Assembly (NCBI GenBank): GCA_965541585.1
Contig: CBEUCH010000003.1
Span: 1 to 64,000, forward strand
Source: an uncultured bacterium
GTDB lineage: Bacteria; Zixibacteria; MSB-5A5; UBA10806
DNA length: 64,000 bases
Reading direction: 5' to 3'
Both the position numbers and the translations under genes were made by a program. Positions 19,250-28,416 of the stretch are shown here, piece after piece. The notes under the pieces are model-generated. The model did no database searches and had not been told where the DNA came from. It saw only the letters and a list, made by a program, of their open reading frames with translations. Each line of letters opens with the position of its first letter. Within the stretch, counting starts at the first letter, position 1.

Positions 19250-20572
19250 ATGCCGGAATTGCTACCGGATATAGATAAGATTACGCAGCGCATTCGTGCT
19301 GTTCAACTTATACGTCAAAGCGGTGTGGTGGAGTCTGTGGTAGGCTTGATTATCGAGGCCTCGGGGCCGGCGGCACAGGTGGGAGAACATCTAATAATCG
19401 AACGGGGGGTTGCCTCCGGCGGACCATTGATGGCGGAAGTTGTCGGCTTTAAAGAAGGTAAAGTCCTGATCATGCCCCTGGGGGAAATGGGGGGAGTTTC
19501 CCCGGGGGCAAAGGTCTGGGCCTCAGGCCATCAGCTATCGGTGCCGGTCGGCGAGGAGTTACTCGGACGCGTCGTAGATGGATTTGCTGAGCCATTGGAT
19601 AGCAAAGGCCCGATACTGGCAACGACCCGGAAGCCTCTTAACGGCCAGCCGCCTCATCCCCTCGAAAGGCGGAGCATCACCGAGCCGCTCTATACCGGTA
19701 TCAGGGCTATCGATTGCTTTGCCACCAGCGGCAAGGGACAGAGAGTTGGAATATTTTCCGGTTCCGGTGTCGGCAAGTCGACCCTTATGGGCATGATCGC
19801 GCGATCTTCCAGCGCCGATGTCAACGTCATCGGATTGATAGGAGAAAGGGGCCGCGAGGTTCGAGACTTCATTGAAAAAGATCTCGGCCCCGAAGGTCTC
19901 AAACGTTCCGTAATAATAGCGGTAACCTCCGATAAGCCCCCTCTCCTTCGTGTCAAGGGAGCGCTGGCCGCCACCTCCATAGCCGAATATTTCAGGGATT
20001 GCGGTAAGGATGTCGTCTTGATGATAGATTCGCTGACGAGAATCGGGACGGCCCAGAGGGAGGTCGGGCTGGCCGCAGGCGAGCCGCCGACCACGAAAGG
20101 ATATACACCTTCCGTATTCTCACTTTTCCCAAAACTTCTGGAAAGGGCCGGTCTATTCGGTAAAGGGAGCATAACCGGATATTATACTGTGCTGGTTGAA
20201 GGCGATGACATTAACGATCCCATAGCCGATACCAACCGGGCTATACTCGATGGCCATGTGGCCATGTCCAGGACTCTCGCCGCCAGGAACCATTATCCGG
20301 CAATCGATATCCTGGGCTCGATATCGCGTCTGATGATCGATATTACCACCGGGGAGCATCAAGAGATCGCCGCCGCCGCCAGACGATTGATATCGGATTA
20401 TACTCAATCAGAGGATCTTATCAATATCGGGGCCTATACAAAAGGATCATCACCCAAAATAGATTTCGCTCTCGAAAGAATAGAACCGCTGAATAATTTC
20501 CTGATGCAGGCGATAGAGGAATCAGCAGATTTCAACGAATCTCTCGAGAGACTAAAAAACATTCTGGTATAA
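19250..20572 (+). CDS. fliI: Export ATPase FliI
   Basis: GSGVGKS, GERGREV, DSLTR, GEPPTTKGYTPS. Confidence 0.95.
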   Translation: MPELLPDIDKITQRIRAVQLIRQSGVVESVVGLIIEASGPAAQVGEHLIIERGVASGGPLMAEVVGFKEGKVLIMPLGEMGGVSPGAKVWASGHQLSVPVGEELLGRVVDGFAEPLDSKGPILATTRKPLNGQPPHPLERRSITEPLYTGIRAIDCFATSGKGQRVGIFSGSGVGKSTLMGMIARSSSADVNVIGLIGERGREVRDFIEKDLGPEGLKRSVIIAVTSDKPPLLRVKGALAATSIAEYFRDCGKDVVLMIDSLTRIGTAQREVGLAAGEPPTTKGYTPSVFSLFPKLLERAGLFGKGSITGYYTVLVEGDDINDPIADTNRAILDGHVAMSRTLAARNHYPAIDILGSISRLMIDITTGEHQEIAAAARRLISDYTQSEDLINIGAYTKGSSPKIDFALERIEPLNNFLMQAIEESADFNESLERLKNILV

Positions 20573-20580
20573 GAGCAGTT

Positions 20581-21042
20581 ATGAAGCCGTTCAGATTCAG
20601 GCTCGAAAGAATTCTTCGCTTCAAGGGGCAGGTGGAACAGCAGAAAAAGCTGATTCTATCGGAAAGAAATGAAGGTCTCAGGCAGGAAAACAACCGTCTC
20701 TCGGATCTGACGACGAAAAGGCAAGAGCATTCGAGAAAATACGGGCGGTTGTTTAAAGGTATAATCGATATTAACAGCTTGAAGACCGCCCTGAGTTTTC
20801 TCAATAAGATAAAAGGAGACGTGGTCCTGCAGACGAAGAAGGTGGAGAATTCTGAAAAAGAGGTTGAAAATGCCAAACTCCATCTGCAGGATTCTATGCG
20901 TGACAGAAAGAAGTTTGAGAATCTGAAAGATAGGAAACGAAGAGAATACGATTTCGAGGCCAACCGCGAAGAACGCAAAGAGCTCGACGAGTTTGCCTCT
21001 CAATCGCGATTAATGAAACTCTCCAATCCGCAAACCAGATAG
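20581..21042 (+). CDS. fliJ: Export chaperone FliJ
   Basis: MKPFRFRLERIL...ERKELDEFA; follows fliI. Confidence 0.88.
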   Translation: MKPFRFRLERILRFKGQVEQQKKLILSERNEGLRQENNRLSDLTTKRQEHSRKYGRLFKGIIDINSLKTALSFLNKIKGDVVLQTKKVENSEKEVENAKLHLQDSMRDRKKFENLKDRKRREYDFEANREERKELDEFASQSRLMKLSNPQTR

Positions 21043-21052
21043 AAGACGCCAC

Positions 21053-21082
21053 GCTCTCAAATCCCACAGGGATTTGAGCCAC
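21053..21082. repeat. Palindromic repeat, copy 1 (REP-like)
   Basis: GCT-CTCAAATCCC-ACA-GGGATTTGAG-CCAC; second copy at 21611-21640. Confidence 0.65.
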
Positions 21083-21097
21083 AAAACGTCCCTATGG

Positions 21098-21127
21098 GTA
21101 GGTCACGACCCCTGTGGTCGTGACTAC
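21098..21127. repeat. GTAG-type REP-like hairpin
   Basis: GTAG-GTCACGACC-CCTGT-GGTCGTGAC-TAC. Confidence 0.55.
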
Positions 21128-21131
21128 AGAA

Positions 21132-21452
21132 CTAAATACAATCCGGGCATATCACCGGCGGGTGCCAGCGGCCTAATGCATAGACAAGATCGGCCAGCTC
21201 AAAGGGGATGCAATTGCCGTTCGGGTCGGCAGATACCGGGAAATTCTCGCCGTAAATCCCGCAATCGCAAAAATAGCAGGGAAGGCGAAATCCCCTGTAG
21301 ACACCAATAAAAGCTATGCCGTCGGTGAGTTCAAACGGTGTTCCGTTGCAGTCCCAATCTCCGTACACAAAATCGCAATCCGCTTGCGCCTCGATATTGC
21401 TGAATAGAGGAACGCACAGTCCGATTAAAACGATTGTTGCAAACTTTTTCAT
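21132..21452 (-). CDS. Small secreted Cys-rich dockerin-like protein
   Basis: GGAGG RBS, signal peptide MKKFATIVLIGL..AQA, two Ca-loop-like repeats GDWDCNG..ELTD and ADPNGNC..ELAD. Confidence 0.7.
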   Translation of the reverse strand: MKKFATIVLIGLCVPLFSNIEAQADCDFVYGDWDCNGTPFELTDGIAFIGVYRGFRLPCYFCDCGIYGENFPVSADPNGNCIPFELADLVYALGRWHPPVICPDCI

Positions 21453-21610
21453 GAGCCCTCCTTTTTTATCACAACAAGTCATACCAGATGCCCTTTAATG
21501 CTATGCTTGCAGATTCTGAGTATGTCCGGGCAATCCCTTTGTATATGATATGCCGTTTGCCCTAATATATGTCAAGCTCTTTCTGTATTGACGGATCTTG
21601 GATAGGCGAT

Positions 21611-21640
21611 GCTCTCAAATCCCGGGAGAATTTGAGCCGC
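21611..21640. repeat. Palindromic repeat, copy 2 (REP-like)
   Basis: GCTCTCAAATCCC-GGGAGA-ATTTGAGCCGC. Confidence 0.6.
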
Positions 21641-21660
21641 TTTTCCTAATAATAATAGCA

Positions 21661-21691
21661 AAGCTGCGGGAAATGAAATCCCCGCAGCGTT
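21661..21691 (-). terminator. Probable terminator of the protease operon
   Basis: GCTGCGGG...CCCGCAGC inverted repeat with short T run on the minus strand. Confidence 0.55.
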
Positions 21692-21734
21692 GATTTTCAG
21701 TTATCGCGAGTCACGAAATATGGATTTTACAATT

Positions 21735-24566
21735 CTATGCGTCTTCTGCAGCGATCGCCTTCCGCCTGCGAACAACAGCCACTGTAGCAAAAGCTAACAA
21801 CAGGAGCGTCAGGATTATCATCCCCCATTCGGATAGCGTGGGGATATCTTCCGTATCGCAGGCATCTCCCACTCCGTCATCGTCGGAATCCTCCTGTCCA
21901 GGATTATAAACATCAGGACAGTTGTCGCAGAGGTTTCCATGACCGTCGCCATCGTTATCTTCCTGCCCGGGATTTTGAACATCAGGACAGTTATCGCAGA
22001 CGTCTCCTTGACCATCGCTGTCGGTATCTTCTTGCCCGGGATTTTGAATACCGGGACAATTGTCGCAGACGTCCCCAAGACCATCGCTGTCGTTATCTTC
22101 CTGCCCGGGGTTGTAAACATCGGGGCAATTATCACAGGTGCCGTCGAAATCATCGCCATCGGCATCACCGAGGCATGTGGTGCCGCTGCCTTTAAAGATT
22201 CCTCCACCTGACTGACATTCTTCTTCAGTCAATTCAGCACAGGAGCCATCCACCGGATCGCAGCATGCGCCGACAACGTTCAGGTCGCATGTATATCCAT
22301 CAATGCTGATATCGTCGATATTCCATCCGCAATATAGCCATGCTTGATCGGTAGTGCCCATCACGAATCGAACCTGAAAATTGGATTCACCGTCGGCCCA
22401 TTGTGAAACATCATAGACTTGCTCCAGCCACGAATTGTCCGTAATTTCAGTAGCATTCGCAAATATCGTAACCCAGTTGCTGCCATTGTTGGAAACCCGA
22501 ATATAGGCGTGATCGTAAGTAGGTTGCTCCACTCCGAGCCACTGGTAGAACGTCAAGGTCACGCCGACGTAATCCGAGCAATCTATCACCGGAGATGTTA
22601 CGGCACGCTCGGGCATATAATTTTGATAGTCGCCCGAGAGGTTATAACCGAGGACTTTATTGTCGGAACCGGGTGTATGATCAATTGACGGATCGGGGTA
22701 TCCGTATTGACCACCCCCTCCGGTAGGCTGCCCTCTACGCCATTGAACGGTGGTTCCATAGCCGCTCCAGCCGAGATCTGTGGAGAAATCATCGGAAAAC
22801 AAGATATTGTAAGTCCCCACGAAAAATGTGTGTGTCTCCGGCTCAAGAGGATCTCGCCGACTGTTGCCCTCATCGTCCGTGGCGTAGATATAATAATCCA
22901 ATGTTGTGCAAAGCGGCTGGCCGGGTATAAAACCGCGGTAATCATCGCCGCCGATATTGGTCATATTCACGGGATTGAATCCACCACCGGTTGACCAATA
23001 GATAACCGCAGAATTTATATTCCCTTCAGAGGATGTTATAACGGCATCGACCTGGTAAGGATCGGTTGACGGGGTATTCTCAAGCGGTGTATGAGTTATG
23101 CGCACTCCGCCCATGGCAAGCATGACAGCCTCGTAGGCATCGACAATACCCATGCCGTAGGCGTTATCCTCGCCATTCTGGCCGAGATCCGTAGCCGTCT
23201 CCAGCAGTATATCGCCTATCTGATCAGTAGTGAGATTGGGATTGGCTTCTCTCATCAGGGCTACAACGCCGGCCACGTGCGGGCAGGCCATGGAAGTACC
23301 GTTCCAGCCGCCCTGGTACCCGCCGCCCGGGATGGAGCTTCTTACACCTACGCCGGGAGCCGAGACTTCCGGCTTTATAGCATTGCCACCACCGGGAGTG
23401 CACTCTGAAGGTCCACGAGAGGAGAAACTTGCTATCGGAAAGTTGGGGTTGTTCCCGTCGACAGCGCCGACCGCGAAGCTTTGAATGTCCGTCGTCGCCC
23501 TGGTAGCCGGATTTCTTATGGTTCGCGATCCGGAGCCTTCGTTGCCTGCCGCAAAAACCACAAAAACCCCGGCCGCCTCGCAGCCATCAAGGACGGTCCA
23601 GAACATCGGATCGCAATAAGCATAACCATGGTAGATCTCGGAAATACCCCACGAATTTGAGCAGACATCCGGAACATCCCAGGCAGTCCCGGGATTGCCA
23701 TCGGGATCCGCTATCCATTGGAACGACAGGATCGCATCCGATATGGTTTGAGGAATACTGACTCTATCTATGACCCCGGCTGAGATCCATTCCGCGCCGA
23801 AGGCGACACCGACAGTGTCTCCGGTGCCCACGCCCAGACCGCAAATGGTACCCATAGTGTGGGTTCCGTGTGAACCGGCATCAAACGGAAACTGAGTGTT
23901 GGTTACGGGATCAAACCATGCCCATCCCGGATTGCCGGCATACCGGGAATCGTAGCCTCTCCAGCGCGCATTCAATGCCGGATGGTTGCCGTCGACACCG
24001 GTATCGAGATGGCTGACGAGCCGTCCGGCGCCTGTAATACCCATGGCCCAGACCTCGTCGGCCCGGATTGCGCTGAGGCCGGCCTCGACACCGGCTATCA
24101 AGGGAGGGCTATCATCGCCTTTGCTTACAGGTTGTATGCTTTCAATCTCATAGTCGAAACTGATCTGCAAAACATCCTCGCGCTGAACCAGAATATCATA
24201 AGCCTCGCCAGTGGCGGTCACCAGAATCAGATTACCGATCCAGACGCCCTGATAATCTCTAACCAGCCCCTGGTCGGCCAGACCCGCCAAGCGGGACAAA
24301 ATGTCCGCCTGCGAAACGGTCGCCTTATCCTGTAGTGCCAGGACTACAGTCTCATGCCATTCGCGGCGGTCGGCGCGCCTGGCGGAAAGCTCCTGCTTCA
24401 AGGCATCTAAGTCTACTCTATCGGCCATTACTATAACGGCACCGATAGATTCACTGGCATCGGACTCGGCGATTATCTCATCCAGAGGCGGCTGAATAGT
24501 ACCTGCCTCGGCCAGAGCCGCAAACAGAAAGGCGCCTACCAGCATTCCAGCGATGGTTTTCAACAT
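21735..24566 (-). CDS. Secreted S8 subtilase (bacillopeptidase F-like) with thrombospondin type-3 repeats and IPTL-CTERM tail
   Basis: Catalytic triad HLDTG / HGTHTMG / GTSMACPH; DNCPxxxNPGQEDxDxDGxG repeats; IPTLSEWGMIILTLLL-TM-RRRK. Confidence 0.9.
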   Translation of the reverse strand: MLKTIAGMLVGAFLFAALAEAGTIQPPLDEIIAESDASESIGAVIVMADRVDLDALKQELSARRADRREWHETVVLALQDKATVSQADILSRLAGLADQGLVRDYQGVWIGNLILVTATGEAYDILVQREDVLQISFDYEIESIQPVSKGDDSPPLIAGVEAGLSAIRADEVWAMGITGAGRLVSHLDTGVDGNHPALNARWRGYDSRYAGNPGWAWFDPVTNTQFPFDAGSHGTHTMGTICGLGVGTGDTVGVAFGAEWISAGVIDRVSIPQTISDAILSFQWIADPDGNPGTAWDVPDVCSNSWGISEIYHGYAYCDPMFWTVLDGCEAAGVFVVFAAGNEGSGSRTIRNPATRATTDIQSFAVGAVDGNNPNFPIASFSSRGPSECTPGGGNAIKPEVSAPGVGVRSSIPGGGYQGGWNGTSMACPHVAGVVALMREANPNLTTDQIGDILLETATDLGQNGEDNAYGMGIVDAYEAVMLAMGGVRITHTPLENTPSTDPYQVDAVITSSEGNINSAVIYWSTGGGFNPVNMTNIGGDDYRGFIPGQPLCTTLDYYIYATDDEGNSRRDPLEPETHTFFVGTYNILFSDDFSTDLGWSGYGTTVQWRRGQPTGGGGQYGYPDPSIDHTPGSDNKVLGYNLSGDYQNYMPERAVTSPVIDCSDYVGVTLTFYQWLGVEQPTYDHAYIRVSNNGSNWVTIFANATEITDNSWLEQVYDVSQWADGESNFQVRFVMGTTDQAWLYCGWNIDDISIDGYTCDLNVVGACCDPVDGSCAELTEEECQSGGGIFKGSGTTCLGDADGDDFDGTCDNCPDVYNPGQEDNDSDGLGDVCDNCPGIQNPGQEDTDSDGQGDVCDNCPDVQNPGQEDNDGDGHGNLCDNCPDVYNPGQEDSDDDGVGDACDTEDIPTLSEWGMIILTLLLLAFATVAVVRRRKAIAAEDA
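21856..22165 (-). repeat. Intragenic 69-bp tandem repeats (thrombospondin type-3, 23 aa)
   Basis: About four copies of CDNCPxxxNPGQEDxDxDGxGxx. Confidence 0.85.
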
Positions 24567-24616
24567 TACATCTCCTTAGGTTTGAGCATAGGAACAATCT
24601 TGTGTAGTATTGTCTT

Positions 24617-27580
24617 TTACTTCGTTTCTTCAATTGCAGGGTTGCGCCTGCGGATAACGGCAATAGTGCCGGCTGTAATCAACAGGAGCGTCAGGATTAT
24701 CATGCCCCATTCGGATAGTGTGGGGATTTCCTGGCTCGGTAGCGGCTCCATCTCGACATCCAGCAATGTATTCCCGCCGTCGGTTACACTTACGCCCGGT
24801 ATTGTGGCATCATAGTGATTTGCGTGTGTGAATAATACGGTATAGGTACCTGGAGTGAGAGAGATCGAATAACTCCCGTCCCCTGCGGTAACATCCGAGC
24901 CGCTATTGCCGCCGCCATCGTCCGCGTTAACCTGGACACCGCTTATGGGATCGCCCGTGTCGACATCCGTCACGGTGCCGTAGATGGTGCCGACCGGTAA
25001 CAGCTCACATTCAATGCTTAATATAGATACAGCATCGATTCCGGCCTCAACAATCGATCCGGAATTGAGGTCGGAAGCCTCGAATTTGATCTTTACCTGG
25101 CTCGACGGGGCTATGTAATCACCCACCGTAAAAGAATGTTCTGTCCAGCCGGATTGCGTCACCGGCCCGAATGTCTCTACATGAATCCAGTTTGCACCGT
25201 TATTGCTGGAAATCCAGACTTTAAATAAGTCATTGTAAGGATCATCGCCATAGTAGTTCGTATACCAGAGAGCATATTGAAATATCTGCTCGCCTTGACT
25301 CAGATCAAAGGTGGGTGAAATAAGATTAGTATACCCATCGTCGACATCCGAGTTTCCGTCAGCATTATCCGTTACATAGCAATAGCCTGAGCCATCATAA
25401 TCAGTCGCAGGATCACCTCTGTCGCCGCCTCCCGCAGGTATAGCGCGTTCCCAGGCACCGTCGTTTAGCCCGCCTGAGTTCTGAACCGTCCAGCCCTGGT
25501 TAGTGTTGAAATTATCCTCGAAGGTCGTCAGAAGATCCACGGCGCTGAATACTGAGAAGGTTGTTGAGGGAGCATCGCGAGGATCATTCACTATAGTTCC
25601 CTGCATATCTTCAGCGCTGAAATAATAGCGAATCTCTCTACCACAATCAAATCCGGGGAGGATCGCATCGTAGATATTCGGTGACACTACTTCCATGGAC
25701 TGACTTGCCCAGCCGGAACCATCATCGTAATACACTATCCCGGTCCCCGGCTGCGGAGTGCCGGTGACTGCATGAACTTCCACGCGGATGGGGGTGCTGG
25801 TCAATGGATCAAGCCTTTCCGGAAGACCATTCGGGTATTCAAAACTGATCAGGTCTAATTCCGGACAATCCATGTTATGAGCGCCGAAACCGGCGCAGAT
25901 CTCGTTATAGTGAGGCGTACCGTTGTAAATATTCCCATCATCATCGTCAAGCGTCAGGTAATCGATGGTGATGTCGGGAGCAATATTCGAGCCGCTATGC
26001 AACAGGATGGCATTGATCGCCAGGCTGGCGATGATATCTCTATATGTGGACGGATTGGTAATAGCCAGCTCGTTGCGGGTGTCCCAGACACAACCGGAGA
26101 TAAGCTGACCGCAATAATGTATTTCACCGCTGCACGGGTATTGCATGCTATTATCTGCATCACGCAAAGGTTGGTTGCAATTACCCAGGAATCCCCAGCC
26201 GGTCCCCGGGTCATCGGTAATCAGCACACCCATAACATCGCCCATGCCCTCACCATACGCGCCTTGTCCGCTTCCGCCCACGGCAACCAGGTGATGCCCG
26301 TATTCATGGTGGACAACGGTTGAGAAGGCCGTGTTCGGGTATCCTGAACCCGTACGGCAGAAAGTTATGGAACTGCCATCGTACCAGGCGTTGCCCGGGC
26401 AGTATCCACCAACCGCATTGACGTAAACCGGGAACGACGTTTGAGTCCGGATTACAGGATATGATGGGTTATGCAATAATGTCAGGTCTCTGACTAGATT
26501 GGCATGAACGTATCCATTGACCTCAGCCCGGGTAAATTCCGTGTTGTTAGGATTGTGTAGAAAATTAGCCGGCCCGGGCGGCGTTACCGACTGAGAGAGC
26601 AAGGCATCGTTGCCCGCATCGTTGTATACTCTGAACCATTCTCCCCAAACACGAGATTCCACTGTGACCGGCGAGCTGCCACCGTTGGGAATTATAAAGT
26701 CGGCGTTTTCATCAGCATACACAGTGTTACCCCCAACGACATTAATCCGGGCGTACGGCATGGGAGTAATCTCCTCGGGCCCGCAAAAGTCCGCTTTAAT
26801 TCCGGTCGTGGCCAACCCGTCAACTCGCCCGATTATATCTTCAAAAATAATGAGGTTTTCTTCATAAAGGGGAGTGCCTGTCTGTGGATCGATAATATAT
26901 AGAAATTTCTCGGTGGCAGGCATGCCGTTATCGGCGATGAACTCCACGCCCAGAGTCGGCGTGACTTGCATGTCATCGATACCGGCCCAGATTACCATTC
27001 GGGGCTCGCTGAAATTTTGCATCTGAGGTATCCGGACCGCATAAGACTGTTGTACTTGAAGAGGATCGATGGCGGCAATCGCGGGATCGACTCCAAATTC
27101 TTTTAAGTCTTTAAGGGCAGAGGCTGCCATAACCAGCGGAAAGCCGGGTTCATTGCGAACCAGAAGCCGTAGATCGGCCCGGAATACAGGAATACCGCCA
27201 TTAAATTGAGAGTAGTAGACTAACGTGAACTTATAATCCCCCGTGACACTATTATACATCAGCGGCTGGGTATGACGTCCATCAAAGAGTAAACTCACCG
27301 GCATCAGATCATTCGGTTCGACGCCGAGAGCCTGTGAGTATTTTATCCTGAACTGTTCAGCGACATCATCGATGCTGCCGCCGGAACCGAATGGCTTACC
27401 GTAGATTCGAGTAATGCGCTCCCCGTCCTTATAAAACTTCACTTGAGGATATTCAGCTTTCAGCCGATCAAATGCCGCTACCGATTCTTCGCTGCTGGCT
27501 GCGTTTGCGGGTAGTATTAATCCCTGCAAAAGTAAACACGAGATCATCACCAAAAAATACCTTCTCATAGCTACTCCCAT
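24617..27580 (-). CDS. Secreted zinc metalloprotease (M4/M36-like) with carboxypeptidase-regulatory-like domain and IPTL-CTERM tail; start may be 27568
   Basis: Signal peptide, propeptide, NAWYDG, HEYGH followed by EGMGD; IPTLSEWGMIILTLLL-TM-RRR. Confidence 0.85.
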   Translation of the reverse strand: MGVAMRRYFLVMISCLLLQGLILPANAASSEESVAAFDRLKAEYPQVKFYKDGERITRIYGKPFGSGGSIDDVAEQFRIKYSQALGVEPNDLMPVSLLFDGRHTQPLMYNSVTGDYKFTLVYYSQFNGGIPVFRADLRLLVRNEPGFPLVMAASALKDLKEFGVDPAIAAIDPLQVQQSYAVRIPQMQNFSEPRMVIWAGIDDMQVTPTLGVEFIADNGMPATEKFLYIIDPQTGTPLYEENLIIFEDIIGRVDGLATTGIKADFCGPEEITPMPYARINVVGGNTVYADENADFIIPNGGSSPVTVESRVWGEWFRVYNDAGNDALLSQSVTPPGPANFLHNPNNTEFTRAEVNGYVHANLVRDLTLLHNPSYPVIRTQTSFPVYVNAVGGYCPGNAWYDGSSITFCRTGSGYPNTAFSTVVHHEYGHHLVAVGGSGQGAYGEGMGDVMGVLITDDPGTGWGFLGNCNQPLRDADNSMQYPCSGEIHYCGQLISGCVWDTRNELAITNPSTYRDIIASLAINAILLHSGSNIAPDITIDYLTLDDDDGNIYNGTPHYNEICAGFGAHNMDCPELDLISFEYPNGLPERLDPLTSTPIRVEVHAVTGTPQPGTGIVYYDDGSGWASQSMEVVSPNIYDAILPGFDCGREIRYYFSAEDMQGTIVNDPRDAPSTTFSVFSAVDLLTTFEDNFNTNQGWTVQNSGGLNDGAWERAIPAGGGDRGDPATDYDGSGYCYVTDNADGNSDVDDGYTNLISPTFDLSQGEQIFQYALWYTNYYGDDPYNDLFKVWISSNNGANWIHVETFGPVTQSGWTEHSFTVGDYIAPSSQVKIKFEASDLNSGSIVEAGIDAVSILSIECELLPVGTIYGTVTDVDTGDPISGVQVNADDGGGNSGSDVTAGDGSYSISLTPGTYTVLFTHANHYDATIPGVSVTDGGNTLLDVEMEPLPSQEIPTLSEWGMIILTLLLITAGTIAVIRRRNPAIEETK

Positions 27581-27844
27581 CTGTCTTCGGATTTCCCCAT
27601 CGATTTGTCTGTTTTCTTCAGCGGCCGTGACATCATTACCGCGTAGACGCGAGAAGTCAAAGAGACCAATTACATTATATTGGAATTATGTCAACAATCA
27701 AAGGCAAATCCGGAAAAAAATACCCGATGGTATGGAAAATTCGCCCTCCTGAATCTTGGGGACCCCGAACAATCACACTTTCCGCATATATTTAACATAC
27801 CACAACATAAAGAATTATGACTGAAATAGCAGTCTGGAGGGGAT

Positions 27845-27860
27845 AGGCATACATATTGCT
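27845..27860 (+). promoter_or_regulatory. Sigma54 promoter for motE-like/fliK operon
   Basis: AGGCATACATATTGCT, canonical spacing, 20 nt before ATG 27880. Confidence 0.75.
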
Positions 27861-27879
27861 TTGAACTCGGCGGGGAATT

Positions 27880-28416
27880 ATGAAAGGTGCAATTAAAATA
27901 GCAGTTCTTGCGGCCATCGCCGTGGCAAGCTTCTTCGGATACCTGGTATTGTTCGGGATGGTATTGGGAGTCAGCACCAGCGATGCCGTTTCGGTTTTGA
28001 CGACGGGCACGGTTGAAGGCGCAATAAAAGCGGTAGAGGAGCCGGTTAAGGCCGATTCTGCCGGCGTGGAGCAATTGCAATCTGCCGAGGCTGAGATTCA
28101 GTCTAAGTCCGATTCCCTTGCTCAGCAAATGGAAACCATAAGAACAGAAACAGCAGAGCTTGAAAAGCTAAAAGCTGAACTGCAGGAGCTCCTCGCGGCA
28201 AAAAACAAGGACGAAGAGGAAAAACTTTATAATCTCGCCAAAATCTACGATGGCATGGATCCGGTTCAATTGGCCGGCGTAATGTCCGGAATCAATGATT
28301 CTATTGTGGTGGCAATACTTCCCAAAATGAAAAGCCAGAAGGCCAGCAAGATCCTGGAGTCCATGCCGGCCGATAGGGCGGCAAGAATCTCAACCAAGCT
28401 TTTAGGCAGGAATTGA
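27880..28416 (+). CDS. MotE/YlxF/FlbB-like flagellar protein (TM, coiled coil, MgtE-N-like)
   Basis: LAKIYDGMDP..AILPKMK..ASKILESM..RAARIS; position before fliK. Confidence 0.8.
   Translation: MKGAIKIAVLAAIAVASFFGYLVLFGMVLGVSTSDAVSVLTTGTVEGAIKAVEEPVKADSAGVEQLQSAEAEIQSKSDSLAQQMETIRTETAELEKLKAELQELLAAKNKDEEEKLYNLAKIYDGMDPVQLAGVMSGINDSIVVAILPKMKSQKASKILESMPADRAARISTKLLGRN

Noticed and set aside
21856..22165. CRISPR-like 69-bp periodicity
   Set aside because: In-frame thrombospondin type-3 repeats within the protease gene.
27691..28128. 145-aa minus-strand ORF upstream of the proteases
   Set aside because: Overlaps the motE-like gene and its sigma54 promoter; no protein-like motifs.
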